Part shown: positions 1 to 10,253 of the stretch, in pieces
Numbering within the stretch: the first letter of the stretch is position 1
How the letters are laid out: each line of letters begins with the position of its first letter
Source: Marsupella aquatica
Taxonomy: Eukaryota > Plantae > Marchantiophyta
Direction: 5' to 3'
NCBI GenBank assembly: GCA_973895155.1
Contig: OZ316897.1
Span: 10,377,832-10,441,831, forward strand
Length of the DNA: 64,000 nt
The notes under the pieces: model-generated
The model's input: the letters and a program-made list of their open reading frames with translations, nothing else
What the model was told of the DNA's origin: nothing
Databases searched by the model: none
Program-made: the position numbers and the translations under genes

Positions 1-1096
1 AGGAGCTATTCTTGAGGCTTAAGAAGGTGAACCTAAAGATACACCCCAAGAAGTGTGAATTTGCTGTCAGATCAGTAGTATACCTTGGGCACCGCATTCT
101 TCCAAATGGAACCATGGCTCACTGGGCCAAGGTGGTATCCATCTTGGAAATGCCCACTCCTACCGATGTTCACACTTTGAGGAGTTTTATTGGGTTGTGC
201 AATTACTACCGGATCTACATCAAAGATTTCAGTACCATTGCACACCCATTGTATGCTTTGTTGAAAAAGAATGTGACTTGGACATGGAGTACAGATGCTG
301 AGGCAGCATTTGCCACTTTGAAGGAGAAGCTCTCAGAATACCCGGTGCTGAGAAGACCTGATTTCAGCAAGGTCTTTGTGCTACACACAGATTGGAGTGC
401 CCTTGGGATTGGTGCCATTCTGGGCCAGCATGATGAGGAAGGTAAAGAGTACGTCATTGCCTATGCATCCAGGAGCAACAATCAGGCAGAGAGTCATTAT
501 TCTTCTTATGAAGGTGAATGCCTTGTTGTTGTGTGGGCTATCATACATTATAGGCCCTACCTCTATGGGACCAGGTTTGTTCTCTACACCGACCACCAGC
601 CCTTGAAGTGGTTGATGACCAACGACAAGCTTACTGGCAAGCTTGCTCGTTGGGCGCTCATACTCCAGGAGTATGATTTTGAGGTAATTCATAGGCTTGG
701 TGTGACACATCAGAATGCTGACACTATGTCCCGCAGCCCTTTGATTACCTCTGATGATTCCTTAGATGCACGGCAAGATTTTGACCAGGCTTCCATCCTG
801 CCTACATTTCATGCATCGACCTATCTTGCTTTGCTGCCATGCTATGTTGTTGACCAACCTGTGGTGGACATATGGGAGGATAGCGACACTCTAAGATTTT
901 TACAGCATGGGGAGTACCCCACACATGTTACTGCTGCCCAGAGAGACAGAATTCAGCAAAGGTCCAAGCGCTACTTGTGGAAGGGAGATCATCTCGTGCG
1001 TTGCTTGCCAGACAGGGAAGTGGTGGTTCCACCTATTCATGAGAGGGTTGGCCTTATCCGCAAGGTACATTCTGAGCTTGGTCATTTTGGTGTTAA
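1..1096 (+). mobile_element. Ty3/Gypsy retrotransposon pol, 5' segment (end of RT, RNase H, start of integrase zinc finger); begins upstream of window
   Basis: ORF 12..1127 has RT C-terminal YLGH, RNase H motifs FVLHTDWS, YSSYEGE and LYTDHQPL, and VHSELGHFGV (HH of HHCC). Domain order RT-RH-IN is Gypsy. Cut at 1096 by a Copia insertion. Confidence 0.95.
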
Positions 1097-1553
1097 TGTT
1101 GGGTATTTACTCTTACGTCTAGGTTAGGTATGACGTGGTTGGTACAACAACGTGGGTTGGTACAACTACGTGGTTAGGTACAACTACGTGATTAGGTACA
1201 ACTATGTGGTCAGGTACAACTACGTGATTAGGTACAACTATGTGGTTAGGTACAACTACGTGATTAGGTACAACTATGTGGTTAGGTACAACTAAGTTGC
1301 ACACTATATCATAAGAGGCATGTGTGCTTGGAGAGGTAGAACCAAGGCTCATTGTTATGGAGCCACTTGAGAGATAGGGAGAGCTTACACTGTGGAGACT
1401 CGGTATAGCCGACGGGCTTAGAGTTCAGTAAAGCTCTCTTGTGTGTTCCCGTGGACGTAGCCTCAAGGAGGTGAACCACGTATCTCTTGTGTCGACTATT
1501 GTGCGTTGGATGGTTCATGGGCTTGCCGTTGCGATCGTCGTCTATGCTCAACA
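1097..1553 (+). repeat. Copia 5' LTR (457 bp)
   Basis: Starts TGTTGGG, ends CTCAACA; matches 7208-7664 with no difference found by eye; followed by PBS. Confidence 0.97.
1141..1293 (+). repeat. 18-bp tandem array in LTR U3 (GGTACAACTAYGTGRTTA, about 8-9 units); same array at about 7252-7404
   Basis: Directly visible; produces the VVPNH repeat peptide in the antisense ORF 1119..1352. Confidence 0.95.
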
Positions 1554-1555
1554 AT

Positions 1556-1567
1556 TGGTATCAGAGC
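1556..1567 (+). promoter_or_regulatory. Primer binding site complementary to initiator tRNA-Met
   Basis: TGGTATCAGAGC 2 nt after the 5' LTR, the canonical plant Met-i PBS. Confidence 0.95.
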
Positions 1568-2885
1568 ATGCTTGGGAGGTGACGTGTGTTCGTGACGGGA
1601 TTTCATGACGGTTTTTCCAGCGTTGAGTGTTGGTGGATTTTCCAGAGTTCCATCGCATGGAACTTGGAGTTTATGGGCTCAACGGATAGATCAGGGCAAG
1701 AGCTTTCTAACGGTGTGAAGAAATCGTTGAACGGAGCTCGTGGTGCAGAGAGATCTAAGTTTTCGTCGTTCTGGATTTTGTGAAGAAAGTTGGCAATCGA
1801 CTCGGAGGGAGAAGCGTCAAGTGTTTTGACTCAACGGAGAGATTGAGGCAAGACGATTGTTTTTGAGTCCGGGATTGGCTCTTTGATGCAAAGAGGAAGG
1901 CTAAGCAAAATCAATTACCTTGTTGGACTTGGTGACGGCACCAAGTGCAATTGATCAACATTCGTTGTTGACAAGGTACCATTTTTTTCTCTTTGAAAAA
2001 CTGATTCGAAATTGGCTATGGCAATTGAGAGAAATCTGTCATCTTTACCAATTTTTTTCTCCCTCGTTCTTTCCTCGTTTTGGGTGCTTCTTATATCGAT
2101 CTTCATCGCCTCGGAGTCTAGTTTCCAAATCTGAAATCGGATCTTGATTTCGTCAAAACCCGAGTGAGATATCTTGCGTTTGGTGTCGAGGGGTACATTC
2201 TGCCGTGTGTATTTTCTGCGCGCGCGACCAGATTTCGACGACGAAGGGTGGTAGGGGGTTTTGGGGGTTCGAGGACACATGTCAGCCCCTCGATTGTTCT
2301 TCCAAAATTCCCACAGGGCCTGTACAAGGGTCATAGAATATTCCAAAAAACTAGAGAGCTATTTTTTTACCGTCCGACAAAGATTTCATCCGCCGAACGG
2401 TAACTTTTTTGGTTATTTTTCGGCGAGGTCGTAGCCATTGAAGTTGGCAATGCAGCGCACCAATCACATCGCAATTCCGACAACGGGTTGTACTTGGTAT
2501 TTCGGTTATTCCCTGAGGTGGTCAAAACGGGGGAGTTTCCCAAGGTTTTACCCACCTCGACCGAAATTTGAATAACTTTTCCGTCAAATTTCGATTTTGA
2601 TTTCGGTTTTCAGTATTGGACTCCTAGCTTTGTAGGCTACGCGGCGGTGTTGAGTTTTGAGTTTTTTGAGAAGTTGTGAAAAACAACATTTTTTGTGACT
2701 TTCTCATATGAGTGATTCGGAGGAGTTTTTTCGAAGACGTGGAACTTGAAGCACGAGGATCACCGCGGAGGTTTCAGGGGCAGAGAGAGGAGCAGGAGGA
2801 AGAGCACGTGACACCGATACCATCACCGGTGCGGCGTGTGGTGGAGGAAGCAGTACTACTACCGGAGCTCACGGTAAAGAAGAAG

Positions 2886-3743
2886 ATGGGGACTTTCAAG
2901 CTTGGGGGACCCAAGTATGAAGTGACAAAGTATGATGGGCGCTCTGACTACTTGCTATGGGAGAAGCAAGTGAAGGGAGTGCTTTATGCGTCAGGGATGG
3001 GCCAACTGCTGAGCCCTCGTGAAGACGATGTTGATGAGAAACAATGGGACCGCATGCAGGAGCAGGGAGTGTGGTGTGTTACACTCTATCTCATGCCTCC
3101 CATCATCAAGCAGTTAGGTGCACATAAGGATTGCATGTCCTTGTTTGCGGAATTGCAGAGCAAGTATCACCGCAAGGAGTTGTCGAACCGGCTCTACACT
3201 TCCTACAAACTGATGAGTTTCAGGATGAAGGAATCTGGTACAAAGTTGCAAGACCATGTGGATGCTTTCAACGACATGGTCGTTGACTTGGAAAACCTTG
3301 GGGAGACTTTGAATGATGAGACGAAGGCTCTGCAGCTTCTTAGTTCATTGCCTCCATCTTACCAGTCCCTATCACGAGTGTTGTTGCATCGTGATAGGGA
3401 TACCATTTCATACAATGACGTGGTAAGTTCTCTACTTAGTGATGATCTTCAGCAGAAGATGCACATCACGTCACAGCCTTCATCATCTGGTGCTGCCCTC
3501 AATGTTAACCGTGGGAGGAGTATGCAGCGACCAACTGGGGACCGTAGAACCCAGTTTAGATCTAAATCCAGATCTAAGTCCAAGGGTAAATCCCCTCAGA
3601 GGAGGCAGGTGACATGTTGGAAGTGCAACCAAGTTGGACACTTCAAGCGAGACTGTAAGGGAAAGGCAGCGGAAACTTCATCGGCAAATGTGGCTAGGGC
3701 TGATGGAGAAGCTGATTTACTCAATGATGAGTATGTTTTATGA
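2886..3743 (+). CDS. gag: Copia Gag (probable ATG 2886; frame open from 2712)
   Basis: KYDGRSDYLLW N-terminal motif, UBN2-like core LLSSLPPSY, CCHC knuckle CWKCNQVGHFKRDC; ends at TGA 3741-3743. Confidence 0.92.
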   Translation: MGTFKLGGPKYEVTKYDGRSDYLLWEKQVKGVLYASGMGQLLSPREDDVDEKQWDRMQEQGVWCVTLYLMPPIIKQLGAHKDCMSLFAELQSKYHRKELSNRLYTSYKLMSFRMKESGTKLQDHVDAFNDMVVDLENLGETLNDETKALQLLSSLPPSYQSLSRVLLHRDRDTISYNDVVSSLLSDDLQQKMHITSQPSSSGAALNVNRGRSMQRPTGDRRTQFRSKSRSKSKGKSPQRRQVTCWKCNQVGHFKRDCKGKAAETSSANVARADGEADLLNDEYVL

Positions 3744-6700
3744 AGCCGGGGGTATGCCCTGTGCACGTCATCTAGGAGAGCAGATGATGTGTGGATTCTT
3801 GATTGTGCTTACTCTTTTCATATTTGTTACATTCGTGAGTTTTTCAGTTCTTACTCTGTTTCAAACGGTTCAGTTCTGATGGGAAATGATCACTCCTGTC
3901 AAATTGAGGGAATTGGGTCTGTGAAGATTCAAATGTTTGATGGCGCTGTGCGCATAGTGTCCGGAGTCAGGTATGTACCTGGCATGCGTAAGAATCTGAT
4001 TTCACTCGGTGTGTTGGATTCAAATGGTCATCAATGGAGCGTTATTGATGGTGAACTTCAAGTCAGGTCGGGAGAGACAGTGATTTTGAAGGGGAGTAGA
4101 CAAAAGAATTTGTATGTGTTACAGGGCAATACTGTATGTGGAGAGGCCAATGTAACCAAGTCTCACGAGGAGATGACTCAACTGTGGCATTCACGGCTAG
4201 GCCACATGAGTGAGAAGGGTTTGGCTATCTTACGGAAGAATGGACTCATTTCTGATTTGCAATCTTGTAAATTAGAGTTTTGTGAGCATTGCATTCTTGG
4301 AAAGCAGCATCGTCGTGCTTTTGGTGTTGGAACTCATCGTTCCAAAGCGGTTCTTGAGTACATACATAGTGACGTGTGGGGTCCATCCCCGACTCCCTCA
4401 CACTCTGGAAAGTTGTACTATGTATCATTTATTGATGATTACTCAAGATTTGTGTGGATTTATTTCATGACGCATAAGTCTGATGTCTTGTCCATTTTTA
4501 AGAAGTGGAAGGCCCAGGTGGAGAATCAGACTGGAAACACGATCAAGTGTTTGGATACAAGGGTGAAGAGTCTGAGGTCAGACAACGGCGGGGAGTACAC
4601 TTCAATGGAATTTGAAGAGTACTGTTCAGAACAGGGGATAACTCGCCATCTCACCACAGTTTATACTCCGCAGCAGAATGGTGTCGCTGAGAGGCTCAAT
4701 CGGACACTGTTGGAGCGGTCACGGAGTATGTTGAGCCAATCAGGTTTACCACAAGAATTTTGGGCAGAAGCTGTCAATACCGCAGCTTATTTGGTAAATC
4801 TTTCTCCTTCTAGTGCTATCAATTTCAAAACGCCGTTTGAGATGCGCTATAAGCGGCAAGCAGACTATCATGGCTTGGTAATTTTTGGAAGTGATGCATA
4901 TGCTCTCACACCAAAGCAGAATAGGACCAAGTTGGATCCTACCTCCAGGAAATGTGTTTTTCTTGGGTACCAGAGTGGTGTGAAAGCCTATAGGCTATGG
5001 GATCCTATTGCCTGTAAGCTCGTTGTCAGTAGGGATGTTTCCTTCAATGAATCCAGATTATTGAAGGAGGGGGAGAATACTCAGGTCTCCCGTACTGACA
5101 AAGGAAAATCTCCTATCCCGGATCTCGTTGAGGGGGAGATTGGTTATGAGATGCATGACCGGAGAGAAGGAGTTGCTCCAATTATGGAGCTGGTTCCTAT
5201 GCCAGAGGAACCAGAGGAGTTTGTTGATGCTGGTGAGCAACAAGTGGATGCTGTTGAGCTTCAAATTGTACCAGCACACGCAGATCAACCGGAGTCATCG
5301 ACTAGAAGAACATCTGGTCGCACTGTACACGCTCCATCAAGGTATGGACAGTGGGTTGATTCATCTCAACTGCAAGAGGATGATTTTACAGCTGATGATG
5401 AGGGTGATGCGTTAATTTTGGAAGAAGGAGAACCTTCTTCATTTCATGAGGCAAGTGCTTCAAAAGAGAAGCAGAAGTGGACTGCAGCAATGCAAACGGA
5501 GATGCAGTCACTAAAGGACAACAAAACTTGGGAGCTTGTTAAGCTGCCTAAGGGTCAGCAAGTGGTGGACAGCAAGTGGATTTACAAGCTGAAGGATAAT
5601 TCCATAGGAGGTGGATCGAAGGTCTACAAGGCTAGATTGGTAGCAAAGGGATTCACACAAGAGAAAGGTGTGGATTACAATGAGGTCTTCTCACCAGTTG
5701 CTAAGTACTCTACAATACGACTATTGTGTGTACTTGTTGTAATGTTTGGTCTGCTCCTAGATCAGATGGATGTTGTCACAGCTTTCCTCTATGGCACATT
5801 GGAAGAGGTGATCTTCATGAGACAACCGCTAGGTTTTGTGAAGAGAGGACAGGAGGAATTGGTTTGCAGATTGCTGAAATCCTTGTATGGGTTGAAGCAG
5901 TCACCAAGACAGTGGAACAAGCGGTTTGACGATTGGATTCGGTCACAAGGTTTTCACAGAAGTGTATTTGACCCTTGTGTGTATTTGAAACCGGTGAAGA
6001 ATGTTGTTTTTGGGTTCATTGTTTTAGTACTTTATGTGGATGACATGCTAATTGCAGCCAATGATAGGTCTGAGATTGTTAAGCTCAAGGCACTGCTTAG
6101 TGCAGAGTTTAAGATGAAGGACTTAGGGCCAGCTAAGAGGATTTTGGGTATGGAGATCACTAGGGACTTGGAGGCTGGCAAGCTATGGTTGACGCAGAGC
6201 AGTTATGCGAGGAAGGTAATTGCAAGGTTCAACATGGAGAATAGCAAGCCAGTAAGTACCCCGTTGGCTCCACACTTCAAGTTATCATCAGCGTTCTGTC
6301 CTACGGATGACACAGAGAAGGGGTTGATGTCAAAGGTTCCATATGACAAGGCAGTGGGGAGTCTCATGTATTTGATGACTTGCACTAGACCTGATCTTGC
6401 CATGGTTATGGGCAAGGTGAGCAGGTACATGTCGAATCCAGGGAAGGTACACTGGGAAGCAGTGAAGTGGATTATCAGGTACTTGAAGGGTACCGTGGAT
6501 CATGGTCTTTTATTTGATGCGAATGCAAAGAATGCTAGATCATTGATTGGCTATGTAGATTCTGACTATGGACAAGATTTGGACCGAAGGAGATCAACAA
6601 CAGGATACGTGTTCACACTTGGCGGTGGATGCATAAGTTGGAGGTCTACTTTGCAGAAGTGTATTGCTCAGTCTACTACAGAAGCGGAGTATGTTGCAGC

Positions 6701-7016
6701 TGCGGAAGCAGCAAAGGAAGCGATTTGGTTGGATAGACTTATCACTGAAATGGGATTGCCACAGGGGAATGTGAAGCTCCATTGTGATAGTCAAAGTGCG
6801 CTCCACCTTGCTGTGAACCAGGTGATGGACAGTAGAGTGAAGCACATTGACGTCAGGTACCATTTTATCAGGCAGGCTGTGTCTGATAATTTATTTGAGC
6901 TAGTCAAGATTGATGGTAAACTCAACCCGGCTGACGCATTTACCAAAGTGATTCCTTTGGAGAGTTTCTCTAGACACCGTGACGTATTGCAGGTTTTGCA
7001 ATTGCATCACAAGTAG
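3744..7016 (+). CDS. pol: Copia Pol (protease, GAG-pre-integrase, integrase, RT, RNase H), same frame as gag
   Basis: WILDCA protease site, LWHSRLGH...CEHC, IHSDVWGP, LRSDNGGEY, QNGVAER, QMDVVTAFL, LYVDDML, YVDSDY and KHIDVRYHF; no internal stops. Confidence 0.96.
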   Translation, partial: SRGYALCTSSRRADDVWILDCAYSFHICYIREFFSSYSVSNGSVLMGNDHSCQIEGIGSVKIQMFDGAVRIVSGVRYVPGMRKNLISLGVLDSNGHQWSVIDGELQVRSGETVILKGSRQKNLYVLQGNTVCGEANVTKSHEEMTQLWHSRLGHMSEKGLAILRKNGLISDLQSCKLEFCEHCILGKQHRRAFGVGTHRSKAVLEYIHSDVWGPSPTPSHSGKLYYVSFIDDYSRFVWIYFMTHKSDVLSIFKKWKAQVENQTGNTIKCLDTRVKSLRSDNGGEYTSMEFEEYCSEQGITRHLTTVYTPQQNGVAERLNRTLLERSRSMLSQSGLPQEFWAEAVNTAAYLVNLSPSSAINFKTPFEMRYKRQADYHGLVIFGSDAYALTPKQNRTKLDPTSRKCVFLGYQSGVKAYRLWDPIACKLVVSRDVSFNESRLLKEGENTQVSRTDKGKSPIPDLVEGEIGYEMHDRREGVAPIMELVPMPEEPEEFVDAGEQQVDAVELQIVPAHADQPESSTRRTSGRTVHAPSRYGQWVDSSQLQEDDFTADDEGDALILEEGEPSSFHEASASKEKQKWTAAMQTEMQSLKDNKTWELVKLPKGQQVVDSKWIYKLKDNSIGGGSKVYKARLVAKGFTQEKGVDYNEVFSPVAKYSTIRLLCVLVVMFGLLLDQMDVVTAFLYGTLEEVIFMRQPLGFVKRGQEELVCRLLKSLYGLKQSPRQWNKRFDDWIRSQGFHRSVFDPCVYLKPVKNVVFGFIVLVLYVDDMLIAANDRSEIVKLKALLSAEFKMKDLGPAKRILGMEITRDLEAGKLWLTQSSYARKVIARFNMENSKPVSTPLAPHFKLSSAFCPTDDTEKGLMSKVPYDKAVGSLMYLMTCTRPDLAMVMGKVSRYMSNPGKVHWEAVKWIIRYLKGTVDHGLLFDANAKNARSLIGYVDSDYGQDLDRRRSTTGYVFTLGGGCISWRSTLQKCIAQSTTEAEYVAAAEAAKEAIWLDRLITEMGLPQGNVKLHCDSQSALHLAVNQVMDSRVKHIDVRYHFIRQAVSDNLFELVKIDGKLNPADAFTKVIPLESFSRHRDVLQVLQLHHK

Positions 7017-7190
7017 AGTTTTCTTAAACATTCATTGTAATTACTGATATATGCTCTTCCTCATTCCTATGTATTAGGCTACGGCTTAGTTCTGGTTTGC
7101 TCTAGTTAGAGAGGGAAACCGGTTTGGTTTCTGTCCAGAACTTCCCGCTGAGGGATCATATACATTGGCAGTATTACTCTCCCCTAGACC

Positions 7191-7206
7191 AGAGTCAAGG
7201 GGAAGA
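7191..7206 (+). promoter_or_regulatory. Copia polypurine tract
   Basis: AGAGTCAAGGGGAAGA immediately 5' of the 3' LTR. Confidence 0.85.
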
Positions 7207-7207
7207 T

Positions 7208-7664
7208 TGTTGGGTATTTACTCTTACGTCTAGGTTAGGTATGACGTGGTTGGTACAACAACGTGGGTTGGTACAACTACGTGGTTAGGTACAACTACGT
7301 GATTAGGTACAACTATGTGGTCAGGTACAACTACGTGATTAGGTACAACTATGTGGTTAGGTACAACTACGTGATTAGGTACAACTATGTGGTTAGGTAC
7401 AACTAAGTTGCACACTATATCATAAGAGGCATGTGTGCTTGGAGAGGTAGAACCAAGGCTCATTGTTATGGAGCCACTTGAGAGATAGGGAGAGCTTACA
7501 CTGTGGAGACTCGGTATAGCCGACGGGCTTAGAGTTCAGTAAAGCTCTCTTGTGTGTTCCCGTGGACGTAGCCTCAAGGAGGTGAACCACGTATCTCTTG
7601 TGTCGACTATTGTGCGTTGGATGGTTCATGGGCTTGCCGTTGCGATCGTCGTCTATGCTCAACA
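7208..7664 (+). repeat. Copia 3' LTR (457 bp)
   Basis: Copy of 1097-1553 at offset 6111. Confidence 0.97.
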
Positions 7665-8888
7665 GTTAAGAGGACTTACAGCCTCTTGGTTCCTCATTAT
7701 CATTGGAGAGGCATGCATGGCCAGGTTCGAGATGTTATTGCCCGGTGTGAACAGTGTGATAGGGTGAGGACTTCCTTCACATCTCGACAACCCACACTTC
7801 ATCCACTCCCTATTCAGGGCATGTTTTATCGCTGGTCATGTGATTTGGCTGGAGAATTACCCCTCATGTCTCGGGGTAATCTCTACATCATGATCATGAT
7901 AGAGCATTTCTCCAAGTGGATAGAACTTGTGGCATTGCCGGATAAGACCTCCCATAGCACCTGCCAGGCATTCCTACAACAAGTTCTCAGCCGCTTTGGA
8001 GCTTGTGCATAATGTCTCACTGACCAGGGCTCAGAGTTTAGAGGAGAGTTCCAGGAGCTGCTTGATCAGGCCCTCATTGATCATCGCCGGACATCACGAG
8101 ATCACCCACAGGCAGATGGCTTGGCAGAGCGCATGGTTCAGACATGCAAGAAGGGCCTCCGGAAGATCTGCCTCACCAAAAACAAGGAGGATTGGGACCT
8201 GGCCTTACCCTACATTGCCATGGGGTATAGGATGTCCAGACATGCGTCATTGTCTAACTTTTCTCCCTACTTCTTGTTGTTTGGTCGTCACCCAGTTCCA
8301 CCTTCTGCTATTGCTGCTCACATGTTTCAGGTGGTGGACTTGGATTCAGCTGTGACTTGGTCTGATGTGATCTCTGAGAGGGCTGCCCTATTCAGGAGGG
8401 TTATGCCCATGGCCATGGAGAATTTGGCCATTGCACAACACAGGGACACACTGCGTTATGCACACACACGAGGGGGCACTTTTCAGCCCAAGGTCAGGAA
8501 GTTTGATGTGGGAGATTTTGTGTACTTGCAGCGGCAAGCTAACGACACCCTGGACACCTCTACCAGTCGTACTATTCTCAGGGTTAAAGCTATTCGACCG
8601 TCTGGAGTGCTAGAGTTACAAGGGGCAGATGGGCGCACAATTGCTCACAATGCCAAGAATTGCGCCCCTTGTCATCTGCCTAACCTGGATCCCACCATTG
8701 TGACTTCTACTTGGATTCCACCTGTGGACTACCCTTGCAAAGTGTGTTTGCGAATTGATGATGCTGACCAGATGCTGCTGTGTGACAATTGCAATGGAGG
8801 GTACCATCTTTTCTGCCTTCGGCCTGAACTTACCCAGGTGCCAGAAGGGTTATGGTTTTGCCCTTCCTGTGCTCCACGTGTTACCTGA
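7665..8888 (+). pseudogene. Gypsy integrase (rest of HHCC, rve core) with C-terminal PHD finger; one premature stop at 8010-8012
   Basis: Removing the Copia and one TSD restores GHFGV-KRTYSLL...CEQC. DDE motifs WSCDLAG, LTDQGSEF and ADGLAER are present. TAA replaces a probable Glu (CA*CLTD). C-terminus CKVC...MLLCDNCNGGYHLFCLRPELTQVPEGLWFCPSC is a C4HC3 PHD finger. Confidence 0.93.
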
Positions 8889-8920
8889 ATTTTCTTCAGC
8901 CCTCCTTTTGGCTGTGGTCT

Positions 8921-9639
8921 GGGGGGGATACAGAGGTTTACACCTCCACTACGTACATACCACTTCATTTGCTTTTTCTTGGCACTTGTGAATGTGATTA
9001 GACTTTTTCTATGCATGTTGGTTGCTAGCAGCTTGCACATATGCCTTGCCGGTGACTTGTATGTTTTCGATACACTATGGCTACGATACTATATGTCACG
9101 ACAGCTGTCATGCCGAGGGACAGTGCCTCTTATGTACATCGGCATGTCCCTCGCCTGCCCGCTAGGTATGTAGTTAGGGCTAGTGTACTACTTGAGTTAG
9201 CGAATGTTCTTGTAGCAAGTCTGGGCCGTTCTTGAAGCAAATGTGCTTGTTAGTGTGACGCCAGGACTTTGCTTGCTTAGGGCATGTCTTTCTTTGTGGG
9301 TTTTCAGTTCTTCTCGAATCGCTGTTGACAGAGCTCAGACAGTGCTCATCGGTTCCGTACACGGGATTCACACAGTGATTCGTTAGATGCTCCCGGCCGA
9401 TCTTGGCATCCTGCTGGTTTTCGATTCGATTTCAGTACAATTGTTTCTCTTACGCCTTTTATAATACAGAGGTTTACACCTCCACTACGTACATACCACT
9501 TCATTTGCTTTTTCTTGGCACTTGTGAATGTGATTAGACTTTTTCTATGCATGTTGGCTGCTAGCAACTTGCACATATGCCTTGCCGGTGACTTGTATGT
9601 TTTCGATACACTATGGCTACGATACTATATGTCACGACA
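8921..9639 (+). repeat. Gypsy PPT (G7) and 3' terminal region containing a 176-bp direct repeat (8928-9103 and 9464-9639)
   Basis: G-run 8921-8927. The two copies differ at 2 positions by eye and both end GTCACGACA. 9106 starts TGTCATG, an imperfect inverted match to the terminal CACGACA. Confidence 0.8.
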
Positions 9640-10253
9640 ATTTCCTAGACACGTGAACAATTTGTAGATTTGAATTTTGGTGGAACTCAAATCTCTGTGG
9701 ATTAACAGTATATATTTTTTGAGTTGTAAATTTCCCCTATGCTGAACTATCGAGATGAAACTGATATTTCAAAATTCTTGAAAATATGATATGCTTGTTT
9801 TTACATACATTGTAGTCTATATGAAGTGAGTACTCTAGGTTATCCTGAGTATCTGGGAACTTATGGTTCAATGTTTCACATGAACTAATCTTCCAAGAAC
9901 TTTTGATTTAATGTTTACATGAACTGATCTTCCAAGAACTTGTGAATTTATGTTTTACAGCGAATCTTTCAACTATGTGCCAGAAGCGCTTCATAACACA
10001 ACTGAGTGACCACATGTTAAACATTAAACCACAAAATGATACTTAATCTTACTTACTTAAAAGTCTTGACATGAATAACAATCAAAACTGTACATTATAA
10101 TATATATAGGGACTATACCAAAAAGGGTGTATTTGATCAATCAATACCTTGTGCTCTTCTCCCATACTTAGTTTGTATACCACAACAATCACTTCTGTGC
10201 TGTTAAATAAGTTGCCTCCAGATCAGAGACAAAAATTGACAATTGCCTCCACA

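Larger units (their letters stand above)
1097..7664 (+). mobile_element. Complete Ty1/Copia LTR retrotransposon (Tnt1/Tork-like), nested in the Gypsy integrase
   Basis: TG...CA LTRs at both ends, PBS, PPT, gag and PR-IN-RT-RH pol; 5-bp TSD GTTAA at 1092-1096 and 7665-7669. Confidence 0.98.

Noticed and set aside
1119-1352. VVPNH-repeat ORFs (also 7230..7463)
   Set aside because: Antisense translation of the 18-bp LTR tandem array.
1915-2403. ORFs in the Copia 5' leader as extra genes (env-like or antisense)
   Set aside because: Short, no motifs or TM pattern that I can recognise; typical untranslated leader.
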